Below the pieces are notes generated by a model. That model searched no databases, was not told the DNA's origin, and worked only from the letters and a program-made list of their open reading frames with translations. Positions 25,928 through 39,365 of a stretch of 64,000 bases of DNA are shown piece after piece. The stretch is from the human T2T-CHM13v2.0 reference genome, Homo sapiens: assembly GCF_009914755.1 (NCBI RefSeq), contig NC_060933.1. The stretch is one strand, 5' to 3'. A program made the translations under genes and the position numbers. How positions within the stretch are numbered: position 1 is the stretch's first letter; every line of letters begins with the position of its first letter.

Positions 25928-28900
25928 CATTCTCAGAAACTTCCTTGTGAAGTGTGTACTCAAGTAACAGAGTTGAACCTTCTTTTGACAGAGCAGTTTT
26001 GAAGCACTCTTTTTGTAGAATCTGCAAGTGGATATTTTGATACCTTTGAGGATTTCGTTGGACACGGGATATCTTCATATAAAATCTAGACAGAAGCATT
26101 CTCAGAAACTTCTTTGTGCTGTATGTCCTCAATTAACAGAGTTGAACCTTTGTGTGGATACAGCATTTTGGAAACATTCCTTTAGTAGAATCTGCAAGTT
26201 GATATTTAGATAGCTAGGAAGATTTCCTTGGAAACGGGAATATCTTCATATAAAATCTAGACGGAAGCATTCTCAGAAAGTGCTTTGTGATGTTTGCATT
26301 CAAGTCACAGAGTTGAATGTTCCCTTTTATAGAGCAGGTTTGAAACACTCTTTCTGCACTACCTGGAAGTGGACATTTGGAGCGCTTTGAGGCCTATGTT
26401 GAAAAAGGAAATATCTTCCCATAAAAACTAGACAGAAGCATTCTCAGAAACTTGTTTGTGATGTGTGTATTCAACTAACAGAGATGAACCTTTCTTTTTA
26501 CAGAGCAGTTTTGAAACACTCTTTTTGTGGAATCTGAAAGTGGATATTTGGATAGCTTTGAGGATTTCGTTGGAAACGGGATTACATATAAAACCTAGAG
26601 AGAAGCATTCTCAGGAACTTCTTTTTGATGTTTGCCTTCAAGTCACAGGACTGAACATTCCCTTTCATAGAGCAGGTTTGAAACACTCTTTCTGTAGTAT
26701 CTGCAAGCTGACGTTTCAAGCGCTTTCAGGCCTATGGTGAGAAAGGAAATATCTTCAAGTAAAAACTAGACAGAAGCATTCTCAGAAACATATTTGCCAT
26801 GTGTGTTCTCAACTAACAGAGTTGAACCTTTGTTTTGATATGGCATTTTGGAAACACTCTTTTTGTAGAATCTGCAGGTGGATATTCGGATAGCTTTGAA
26901 GGTTTCGTTGGAAACGGGAATATCTTCATATAAAATCTAGACGGAAGCATTCTCAGAAACTGCTTTGTGATGTTTTCATTCAAGTCACAGAGTAGAATGT
27001 TCCCTGTTATATACCAGGTTTGAGACACTCTTTCTGCACTACCTGGAAGTGGACATTTGCAGCGCTTTGAGGCCTATGATGAAAAAGGAAATATCTTCCC
27101 ATAAAAACTAGACAGAAGCATTCTCAGAAACTTGTTTTTGATGTGTGTATTCAACTAACAGAGATGAACCTTTCTTTTTACAGAGCAGTTTTGAAACACT
27201 CTTTTTGTGGAATCTGAAAGTGGATATTTGGATAGCTTTGAGGATTTCGTTGGAAACGGGATTACATATAAAATCTAGAGAGAAGCATTCTCAGGAACTT
27301 CTTTGTGATGTTTGCATTCACGTCACAGAACTGAACATTCCCTTTCATAGAGCATGTTTGAAACACTCTTTCTGTAGTATCTGCAAACGGACATTTCAAA
27401 CGCTTTCAGGCCTATGGTGAGAAAGGAAATATCTTCACATAAAAACTAGACAGAAGCATTCTCAGAAACTTATTTGCGATGTGTGTCCTCAACTAACAGA
27501 GTTGAACCTTTCTTTTGATACAACATTTTGGAACCACTCTTTTTGTAGAATCTGCAAGTGGATATTTGAATAGCTTTGAAGGTTTCGTTGGAAACGGGAA
27601 TATCTTCATATAAAATCAAGACAGAAGCATTCTCAGAAACTTCTCTGTGATGTTTGCATTCAACTCAAAGAGTTGAACACTTCCCTTCATACAGCAGGTT
27701 TGAAACACTCTTTTTGTAATATTTGGAAGTGGACATTTGCAGCGCTTTGAGGCCTATGATGAAAAAGGTAATATCTTCCCATAAAAACTAGACAGAAGCA
27801 TTCTCAGAAACTTGTTTGTGATGTGTGTATTCAACTAACAGAGATGAACCTTTCTTTTTACAGAGCAGTTTTGAAACACTCTTTTTGTGGAATCTGAAAG
27901 TGGATATTTGGATAGCTTTGCGGATTTCGTAGGAAACGGGATTACATATAAAACCTAGAGAGAAGCATTCTCAGGAACTTCTTTGCGATGTTTGCATTCA
28001 AGTCACAGAACTGAACATTCCCTTTCATAGAGCAGGTTTGAAACACTCTTTCTGTAGTATCTGCAAGCTGACGTTTCAAGCGCTTTCAGACCTATGGTGA
28101 GAAAGGAAATTTCTGCAAGTAAAAACTAGACAGAAGCATTCTCAGAAACTTATTTGCGATGTGTGTTCTCAACTAACAGAGTTGAACCTTTGTTTTGATA
28201 TGGCATTTTGGAAACACTCTTTTTGTAGAATCTGCAGGTGGATATTCGGATAGCTTTGAAGGTTTCGTTGGAAACGGGAATATCTTCATATAAAATCTAG
28301 ACGGAAGCATTCTCAGAAACTGCTTTGTGATGTTTTCATTCAAGTCACAGAGTAGAATGTTCCCTGTTATATACCAGGTTTGAGACACTCTTTCTGCACT
28401 ACCTGGAAGTGGACGTTTGGAGCGCTTTGAGGCCTATGTTGAAAAAGGAAATATCTTCCCATAAAAACTAGACAGAAGCATTCTCAGAAACTTGTTTTTG
28501 ATGTGTGTATTCAACTAACAGAGATGAACCTTTCTTTTTACAGAGCAGTTTTGAAACACTCTTTTTGTGGAATCTGAAAGTGGATATTTGGATAGCTTTG
28601 AGGATTTCGTTGGAAACGGGATTACATATAAAATCTAGAGAGAAGCATTCTCAGGAACTTCTTTGTGATGTTTGCATTCACGTCACAGAACTGAACATTC
28701 CCTTTCATAGAGCATGTTTGAAACACTCTTTCTGTAGTATCTGCAAACGGACATTTCAAACGCTTTCAGGCCTATGGTGAGAAAGGAAATATCTTCAAAT
28801 AAAAACTAGACAGAAGCATTCTCAGAAACTTTTTTGCGATGTGTGTCCTCAACTATCAGAGTTGAACCTTTCTTTTGATACAACATTTTGGAACCACTCT

Positions 28901-31710
28901 TTTTGTAGAATCTGCAAGTGGATATTTGAATAGCTTTGAAGGTTTCGTTGGAAACGGGAATATCTTCATATAAAATCAAGACAGAAGCATTCTCAGAAAC
29001 TTCTCTGTGATGTTTGCATTCAACTCATAGAGTTGAACACTTCCCTTCATACAGCAGGTTTGAAACACTCTTTTTGTAATATTTGGAAGTGGACATTTGC
29101 AGCGCTTTGAGGCCTATGATGAAAAAGGAAATATCTTCCCATAAAAACTAGACAGAAGCATTCTCAGAAACTTGTTTGTGATGTGTGTATTCAACTAACA
29201 GAGATGAACCTTTCTTTTTACAGAGCAGTTTTGAAACACTCTTTTTGTGGAATCTGAAAGTGGATATTTGGATAGCTTTGCGGATTTCGTTGGAAACGGG
29301 ATTACATATAAAATCTAGGGAGAAGCATTCTCAGGAACTTCTTTGTGATGTTTGCATTCAAGTCACAGAACTGAACATTCCCTTTCATAGAGCAGGTTTG
29401 AAACACTCTTTCTGTAGTATCTGCAAGCGGACGTTTTAAGCGCTTTCAGGCCTGTGGTGAGAAAGGAAATATCTTCAAATAAAAACTAGACAGAAGCATT
29501 CTCAGAAACTTATTTGCGATGTGTGTCCTCAACTAACAGAGTTGAACCTTTCTTTTGATACAACATTTTGGAAACACTCTTTTTGTAGAATCTGCAAGTG
29601 GATATTTGGATAGCTTTGAAGGTTTCGTTGGAAACGGGAATATCTTCATATGAAATCAAGACAGAAGCATTCTCAGAAACTTCTCTGTGATGTTTGCATT
29701 CAACTCATAGAGTTGAACACTTCCCTTCATACAGCAGGTTTGAAACACTCTTTTTCTAATATTTGGAAGTGGACATTTGCAGCGCTTTGAGGCCTATGTT
29801 GAAAAAGGAAATATCTTCTCCTAAAAACCAGACAGAAGCATTCTCAGAAACTTCCTTGTGATGTGTGTACTCAAGTAACAGAGTTGAACCTTCCTTTTGA
29901 CAGAGCAGTTTTGAAGCACTCTTTTTGTAGAATCTGCAAGTGGATATTTTGATACCTTTGAGGATTTCGTTGGACACGGGATATCTTCATATAAAATCTA
30001 GACAGAAGCATTCTCAGAAACTTCTTTGTGCTGTATGTCCTCAATTAACAGAGTTGAACCTTTGTGTGGATACAGCATTTTGGAAACATTCCTTTAGTAG
30101 AATCTGCAAGTTGATATTTAGATAGCTAGGAAGATTTCCTTGGAAACGGGAATATCTTCATATAAAACCTAGACGGAAGCATTCTCAGAAAGTGCTTTGT
30201 GATGTTTGCATTCAAGTCACAGAGTTGAATATTCCCTTTTATAGAGCAGGTTTGAAACACTCTTTCTGCACTACCTGGAAGTGGACATTTGGAGCGCTTT
30301 GAGGCCTATGTTGAAAAAGGAAATATCTTCCCATAAAAACTAGACAGAAGCATTCTCAGAAACTTGTTTGTGATGTGTGTATTCAACTAACAGAGATGAA
30401 CCTTTCTTTTTACAGAGCAGTTTTGAAACACTCTTTTTGTGGAATCTGAAAGTGGATATTTGGATAGCTTTGAGGATTTCGTTGGAAACGGGATTACATA
30501 TAAAACCTAGAGAGAAGCATTCTCAGGAACTTCTTTGTGATGTTTGCCTTCAAGTCACAGGACTGAACATTCCCTTTCATAGAGCAGGTTTGAAACACTC
30601 TTTCTGTAGTATCTGCAAGCTGACGTTTCAAGCGCTTTCAGGCCTATGGTGAGAAAGGAAATATCTTCAAGTAAAAACTAGACAGAAGCATTCTCAGAAA
30701 CTTATTTGAGATGTGTGTTCTCAACTAACAGAGTTGAACCTTTGTTTTGATATGGCATTTTGGAAACACTCTTTTTGTAGAATCTGCAGGTGGATATTCG
30801 GATAGCTTTGAAGGTTTCGTTGGAAACGGGAATATCTTCATATAAAATCTAGACGGAAGCATTCTCAGAAACTGCTTTGTGATGTTTTCATTCAAGTCAC
30901 AGAGTAGAATGTTCCCTGTTATATACCAGGTTAGAGACACTCTTTCTGCACTACCTGGAAGTGGACATTTGCAGCGCTTTGAGGCCTATGATGAAAAAGG
31001 AAATATCTTCCCATAAAAACTAGACAGAAGCATTCTCAGAAACTTGTTTGTGATGTGTGTATTCAACTAACAGAGATGAACCTTTCTTTTTACAGAGCAG
31101 TTTTGAAACACTCTTTTTGTGGAATCTGAAAGTGGATATTTGGATAGCTTTGAGGATTTCGTTGGAAACGGGATTACATATAAAATCTAGAGAGAAGCAT
31201 TCTCAGGAACTTCTTTGTGATGTTTGCATTCACGTCACAGAACTGAACATTCCCTTTCATAGAGCATGTTTGAAACACTCTTTCTGTAGTATCTGCAAGC
31301 GGACGTTTTAAGCGCTTTCAGGCCTGTGGTGAGAAAGGAAATATCTTCAAATAAAAACTAGACAGAAGCATTCTCAGAAACTTATTTGCGATGTGTGTCC
31401 TCAACTAACAGAGTTGAACCTTTCTTTTGATACAACATTTTGGAAACACTCTTTTTGTAGAATCTGCAAGTGGATATTTGGATAGCTTTGAAGGTTTCGT
31501 TGGAAACGGGAATATCTTCATATGAAATCAAGACAGAAGCATTCTCAGAAACTTCTCTGTGATGTTTGCATTCAACTCATAGAGTTGAACACTTCCCTTC
31601 ATACAGCAGGTTTGAAACACTCTTTTTCTAATATTTGGAAGTGGACATTTGCAGCGCTTTGAGGCCTATGTTGAAAAAGGAAATATCTTCTCCTAAAAAC
31701 CAGACAGAAG

Positions 31711-34700
31711 CATTCTCAGAAACTTCCTTGTGATGTGTGTACTCAAGTAACAGAGTTGAACCTTCCTTTTGACAGAGCAGTTTTGAAGCACTCTTTTTGT
31801 AGAATCTGCAAGTGGATATTTTGATACCTTTGAGGATTTCGTTGGACACGGGATATCGTCATATAAAATCTAGACAGAAGCATTCTCAGAAACTTCTTTG
31901 TTCTGTATGTCCTCAATTAACAGAGTTGAACCTTTGTGTGGATACAGGATTTTGGAAACATTCCTTTAGTAGAATCTGCAAGTTGATATTTAGATAGCTA
32001 GGAAGATTTCCTTGGAAACGGGAATATCTTCATATAAAATCTAGACGGAAGCATTCTCAGAAAGTGCTTTGTGATGTTTGCATTCAAGTCACAGAGTTGA
32101 ATATTCCCTTTTATAGAGCAGGTTTGAAACACTCTTTTTGCACTACCTGGAAGTGGACATTTGGAGCGCTTTGAGGCCTATGTTGAAAAAGGAAATATCT
32201 TCCCATAAAAACTAGACAGAAGCATTCTCAGAAACTTGTTTGTGATGTGTGTATTCAACTAACAGAGATGAACCTTTCTTTTTACAGAGCAGTTTTGAAA
32301 CACTCTTTTTGTGGAATCTGAAAGTGGATATTTGGATAGCTTTGAGGATTTCGTTGGAAACGGGATTACATATAAAACCTAGAGAGAAGCATTCTCAGGA
32401 ACTTCTTTGTGATGTTTGCCTTCAAGTCACAGGACTGAACATTCCCTTTCATAGAGCAGGTTTGAAACACTCCTTCTGTAGTATCTGCAAGCTGACGTTT
32501 CAAGCGCTTTCAGGCCTATGGTGACAAAGGAAATATCTTCAAGTAAAAACTAGACAGAAGCATTCTCAGAAACTTATTTGCCATGTGTGTTCTCAACTAA
32601 CAGAGTTGAACCTTTGTTTTGATACGGCATTTTGGAAACACTCTTTTTGTAGAATCTGCAGGTGGATATTCGGATAGCTTTGAAGGTTTCGTTGGAAACG
32701 GGAATATTTTCATATAAAATCTAGACGGAAGCATTCTCAGAAACTGCTTTGTGATGTTTGCATTCAAGTCACAGAGTAGAATGTTCCCTGTTATATACCA
32801 GGTTTGAGACACTCTTTCTGCACTACCTGGAAGTGGACGTTTGGAGCGCTTTGAGGCCTATGTTGAAAAAGGAAATATCTTCCCATAAAAACTAGACAGA
32901 AGCATTCTCAGAAACTTGTTTGTGATGTGTGTATTCAACTAACAGAGATGAACCTTTCTTTTTACAGAGCAGTTTTGAAACACTCTTTTTGTGGAATCTG
33001 AAAGTGGATATTTGGATAGCTTTGAGGATTTCGTTGGAAACGGGATTACATATAAAACCTAGAGAGAAGCATTCTCAGGAACTTCTTTGTGATGTTTGCA
33101 TTCAAGTCACAGAACTGAACATTCCCTTTCATAGAGCAGGTTTGAAACACTCTTTCTGTAGTATCTGCAAGCTGACGTTTCAAGCGCTTTCAGGCCTATG
33201 GTGAGAAAGGAAATATCTTCAAGTAAAAACTAGACAGAAGCATTCTCAGAAACTTATTTGCGATGTGTGTTCTCAACTAACAGAGTTGAACCTTTGTTTT
33301 GATATGGCATTTTGGAAACACTCTTTTTGTAGAATCTGCAGGTGGATATTCGGATAGCTTTGAAGGTTTCGTTGGAAACGGGAATATCTTCATATAAAAT
33401 CTAGACGGAAGCATTCTCAGAAACTGCTTTGTGATGTTTTCATTCAAGTCACAGAGTAGAATGTTCCCTGTTATATACCAGGTTTGAGACACTCTTTCTG
33501 CACTACCTGGAAGTGGACATTTGCAGCGCTTTGAGGCCTATGATGAAAAAGGAAATATCTTCCCATAAAAACTAGACAGAAGCATTCTCAGAAACTTGTT
33601 TGTGATGTGTGTATTCAACTAACAGAGATGAACCTTTCTTTTTACAGAGCAGTTTTGAAACACTCTTTTTGTGGAATCTGAAAGTGGATATTTGGATAGC
33701 TTTGAGGATTTCGTTGGAAACGGGATTACATATAAAATCTAGAGAGAAGCATTCTCAGGAACTTCTTTGTGATGTTTGCATTCACGTCACAGAACTGAAC
33801 ATTCCCTTTCATAGAGCATGTTTGAAACACTCTTTCTGTAGTATCTGCAAACGGACATTTCAAACGCTTTCAGGCCTATGGTGAGAAAGGAAATATCTTC
33901 AAATAAAAACTAGACAGAAGCATTCTCAGAAACTTATTTGCGATGTGTGTCCTCAACTATCAGAGTTGAACCTTTCTTTTGATACAACATTTTGGAACCA
34001 CTCTTTTTGTAGAATCTGCAAGTGGATATTTGAATAGCTTTGAAGGTTTCGTTGGAAACGGGAATATCTTCATATAAAATCAAGACAGAAGCATTCTCAG
34101 AAACTTCTCTGTGATGTTTGCATTCAACTCATAGAGTTGAACACTTCCCTTCATACAGCAGGTTTGAAACACTCTTTTTGTAATATTTGGAAGTGGACAT
34201 TTGCAGCGCTTTGAGGCCTATGATGAAAAAGGAAATATCTTCCCATAAAAACTAGACAGAAGCATTCTCAGAAACTTGTTTGTGATGTGTGTATTCAACT
34301 AACAGAGATGAACCTTTCTTTTTACAGAGCAGTTTTGAAACACTCTTTTTGTGGAATCTGAAAGTGGATATTTGGATAGCTTTGCGGATTTCGTTGGAAA
34401 CGGGATTACATATAAAATCTAGGGAGAAGCATTCTCAGGAACTTCTTTGTGATGTTTGCATTCAAGTCACAGAACTGAACATTCCCTTTCATAGAGCAGG
34501 TTTGAAACACTCTTTCTGTAGTATCTGCAAGCGGACGTTTTAAGCGCTTTCAGGCCTGTGGTGAGAAAGGAAATATCTTCAAATAAAAACTAGACAGAAG
34601 CATTCTCAGAAACTTATTTGCGATGTGTGTCCTCAACTAACAGAGTTGAACCTTTCTTTTGATACAACATTTTGGAAACACTCTTTTTGTAGAATCTGCA

Positions 34701-34942
34701 AGTGGATATTTGGATAGCTTTGAAGGTTTCGTTGGAAACGGGAATATCTTCATATGAAATCAAGACAGAAGCATTCTCAGAAACTTCTCTGTGATGTTTG
34801 CATTCAACTCATAGAGTTGAACACTTCCCTTCATACAGCAGGTTTGAAACACTCTTTTTCTAATATTTGGAAGTGGACATTTGCAGCGCTTTGAGGCCTA
34901 TGTTGAAAAAGGAAATATCTTCTCCTAAAAACCAGACAGAAG
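31711..34942 (+). repeat. Second full-length 19-mer HOR (3,232 bp)
   Basis: Trimer starts at 31711 and 34943. Same module order and shared variants as 22696-25927. Confidence 0.9.
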
Positions 34943-37900
34943 CATTCTCAGAAACTTCCTTGTGAAGTGTGTACTCAAGTAACAGAGTTGAACCTTCTTT
35001 TGACAGAGCAGTTTTGAAGCACTCTTTTTGTAGAATCTGCAAGTGGATATTTTGATACCTTTGAGGATTTCGTTGGACACGGGATATCTTCATATAAAAT
35101 CTAGACAGAAGCATTCTCAGAAACTTCTTTGTGCTGTATGTCCTCAATTAACAGAGTTGAACCTTTGTGTGGATACAGCATTTTGGAAACATTCCTTTAG
35201 TAGAATCTGCAAGTTGATATTTAGATAGCTAGGAAGATTTCCTTGGAAACGGGAATATCTTCATATAAAATCTAGACGGAAGCATTCTCAGAAAGTGCTT
35301 TGTGATGTTTGCATTCAAGTCACAGAGTTGAATGTTCCCTTTTATAGAGCAGGTTTGAAACACTCTTTCTGCACTACCTGGAAGTGGACATTTGGAGCGC
35401 TTTGAGGCCTATGTTGAAAAAGGAAATATCTTCCCATAAAAACTAGACAGAAGCATTCTCAGAAACTTGTTTGTGATGTGTGTATTCAACTAACAGAGAT
35501 GAACCTTTCTTTTTACAGAGCAGTTTTGAAACACTCTTTTTGTGGAATCTGAAAGTGGATATTTGGATAGCTTTGAGGATTTCGTTGGAAACGGGATTAC
35601 ATATAAAACCTAGAGAGAAGCATTCTCAGGAACTTCTTTTTGATGTTTGCCTTCAAGTCACAGGACTGAACATTCCCTTTCATAGAGCAGGTTTGAAACA
35701 CTCTTTCTGTAGTATCTGCAAGCTGACGTTTCAAGCGCTTTCAGGCCTATGGTGAGAAAGGAAATATCTTCAAGTAAAAACTAGACAGAAGCATTCTCAG
35801 AAACATATTTGCCATGTGTGTTCTCAACTAACAGAGTTGAACCTTTGTTTTGATATGGCATTTTGGAAACACTCTTTTTGTAGAATCTGCAGGTGGATAT
35901 TCGGATAGCTTTGAAGGTTTCGTTGGAAACGGGAATATCTTCATATAAAATCTAGACGGAAGCATTCTCAGAAACTGCTTTGTGATGTTTTCATTCAAGT
36001 CACAGAGTAGAATGTTCCCTGTTATATACCAGGTTTGAGACACTCTTTCTGCACTACCTGGAAGTGGACATTTGCAGCGCTTTGAGGCCTATGATGAAAA
36101 AGGAAATATCTTCCCATAAAAACTAGACAGAAGCATTCTCAGAAACTTGTTTTTGATGTGTGTATTCAACTAACAGAGATGAACCTTTCTTTTTATAGAG
36201 CAGTTTTGAAACACTCTTTTTGTGGAATCTGAAAGTGGATATTTGGATAGCTTTGAGGATTTCGTTGGAAACGGGATTACATATAAAATCTAGAGAGAAG
36301 CATTCTCAGGAACTTCTTTGTGATGTTTGCATTCACGTCACAGAACTGAACATTCCCTTTCATAGAGCATGTTTGAAACACTCTTTCTGTAGTATCTGCA
36401 AACGGACATTTCAAACGCTTTCAGGCCTATGGTGAGAAAGGAAATATCTTCACATAAAAACTAGACAGAAGCATTCTCAGAAACTTATTTGCGATGTGTG
36501 TCCTCAACTAACAGAGTTGAACCTTTCTTTTGATACAACATTTTGGAACCACTCTTTTTGTAGAATCTGCAAGTGGATATTTGAATAGCTTTGAAGGTTT
36601 CGTTGGAAACGGGAATATCTTCATATAAAATCAAGACAGAAGCATTCTCAGAAACTTCTCTGTGATGTTTGCATTCAACTCAAAGAGTTGAACACTTCCC
36701 TTCATACAGCAGGTTTGAAACACTCTTTTTGTAATATTTGGAAGTGGACATTTGCAGCGCTTTGAGGCCTATGATGAAAAAGGTAATATCTTCCCATAAA
36801 AACTAGACAGAAGCATTCTCAGAAACTTGTTTGTGATGTGTGTATTCAACTAACAGAGATGAACCTTTCTTTTTACAGAGCAGTTTTGAAACACTCTTTT
36901 TGTGGAATCTGAAAGTGGATATTTGGATAGCTTTGCGGATTTCGTTGGAAACGGGATTACATATAAAATCTAGGGAGAAGCATTCTCAGGAACTTCTTTG
37001 TGATGTTTGCATTCAAGTCACAGAACTGAACATTCCCTTTCATAGAGCAGGTTTGAAACACTCTTTCTGTAGTATCTGCAAGCAGACGTTTTAAGCGCTT
37101 TCAGGCCTGTGGTGAGAAAGGAAATATCTTCAAATAAAAACTAGACAGAAGCATTCTCAGAAACTTATTTGCGATGTGTGTCCTCAACTAACAGAGTTGA
37201 ACCTTTCTTTTGATACAACATTTTGGAAACACTCTTTTTGTAGAATCTGCAAGTGGATATTTGGATAGCTTTGAAGGTTTCGTTGGAAACGGGAATATCT
37301 TCATATGAAATCAAGACAGAAGCATTCTCAGAAACTTCTCTGTGATGTTTGCATTCAACTCATAGAGTTGAACACTTCCCTTCATACAGCAGGTTTGAAA
37401 CACTCTTTTTCTAATATTTGGAAGTGGACATTTGCAGCGCTTTGAGACCTATGTTGAAAAAGGAAATATCTTCTCCTAAAAACCAGACAGAAGCATTCTC
37501 AGAAACTTCCTTGTGATGTGTGTACTCAAGTAACAGAGTTGAACCTTCCTTTTGACAGAGCAGTTTTGAAGCACTCTTTTTGTAGAATCTGCAAGTGGAT
37601 ATTTTGATACCTTTGAGGATTTCGTTGGACACGGGATATCTTCATATAAAATCTAGACAGAAGCATTCTCAGAAACTTCTTTGTGCTGTATGTCCTCAAT
37701 TAACAGAGTTGAACCTTTGTGTGGATACAGCATTTTGGAAACATTCCTTTAGTAGAATCTGCAAGTTGATATTTAGATAGCTAGGAAGAGTTCCTTGGAA
37801 ACGGCAATATCTTCATATAAAATCTAGACGGAAGCATTCTCAGAAAGTGCTTTGTGATGTTTGCATTCAAGTCACAGAGTTGAATGTTCCCTTTTATAGA

Positions 37901-39365
37901 GCAGGTTTGAAACACTCTTTCTGCACTACCTGGAAGTGGACATTTGGAGCGCTTTGAGGCCTATGTTGAAAAAGGAAATATCTTCCCATAAAAACTAGAC
38001 AGAAGCATTCTCAGAAACTTGTTTGTGATGTGTGTATTCAACTAACAGAGATGAACCTTTCTTTTTACAGAGCAGTTTTGAAACACTCTTTTTGTGGAAT
38101 CTGAAAGTGGATATTTGGATAGCTTTGAGGATTTCGTTGGAAACGGGATTACATATAAAACCTAGAGAGAAGCATTCTCAGGAACTTCTTTGTGATGTTT
38201 GCATTCAAGTCACAGAACTGAACATTCCCTTTCATAGAGCAGGTTTGAAACACTCTTTCTGTAGTATCTGCAAGCTGACGTTTCAAGCGCTTTCAGGCCT
38301 ATGGTGAGAAAGGAAATATCTTCAAGTAAAAACTAGACAGAAGCATTCTCAGAAACTTATTTGCCATGTGTGTTCTCAACTAACAGAGTTGAACCTTTGT
38401 TTTGATACGGCATTTTGGAAACACTCTTTTTGTAGAATCTGCAGGTGGATATTCGGATAGCTTTGAAGGTTTCGTTGGAAACGGGAATATCTTCATATAA
38501 AATCTAGACGGAAGCATTCTCAGAAACTGCTTTGTGATGTTTTCATTCAAGTCACAGAGTAGAATGTTCCCTGTTATATACCAGGTTTGAGACACTCTTT
38601 CTGAACTACCTGGAAGTGGACATTTGCAGCGCTTTGAGGCCTATGATGAAAAAGGAAATATCTTCCCATAAAAACTAGACAGAAGCATTCTCAGAAACTT
38701 GTTTGTGATGTGTGTATTCAACTAACAGAGATGAACCTTTCTTTTTACAGAGCAGTTTTGAAACACTCTTTTTGTGGAATCTGAAAGTGGATATTTGGAT
38801 AGCTTTGAGGATTTCGTTGGAAACGGGATTACATATAAAATCTAGAGAGAAGCATTCTCAGGAACTTCTTTGTGATGTTTGCATTCACGTCACAGAACTG
38901 AACATTCCCTTTCATAGAGCATGTTTGAAACACTCTTTCTGTAGTATCTACAAACGGACATTTCAAAAGCTTTCAGGCCTATGGTGAGAAAGGAAATATC
39001 TTCAAATAAAAACTAGACAGAAGCATTCTCAGAAACTTATTTGCGATGTGTGTCCTCAACTAACAGAGTTGAACCTTTCTTTTGATACAACATTTTGGAA
39101 ACACTCTTTTTGTAGAATCTGCAAGTGGATATTTGAATAGCTTTGAAGGTTTCGTTGGAAACGGGAATATCTTCATATAAAATCAAGACAGAAGCATTCT
39201 CAGAAACTTCTCTGTGATGTTTGCATTCAACTCATAGAGTTGAACACTTCCCTTCATACAGCAGGTTTGAAACACTCTTTTTGTAACATTTGGAAGTGGA
39301 CATTTGCAGCGCTTTGAGGCCTATGTTGAAAAAGGAAATATCTTCTCCTAAAAACCAGACAGAAG

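Larger units (their letters stand above)
16913..34942 (+). repeat. Two tandem copies of a 9,015-bp (53-monomer) super-repeat, 23-mer+11-mer+19-mer; third copy at 1946-10960
   Basis: Rare variants recur at a 9,015-bp offset: gttagagac 21918/30933, tatcgtcat 22843/31858, aacctagacgg 21153/30168, tgtgaagtg 25951/34966. Confidence 0.9.

Noticed and set aside
27925-27941. Altered boxes tttcgtaggaaacggga (27925) and tttcgttgtaaacggga (46805) as CENP-B knockouts
   Set aside because: The changes fall on non-essential N positions, so the core motif remains intact.
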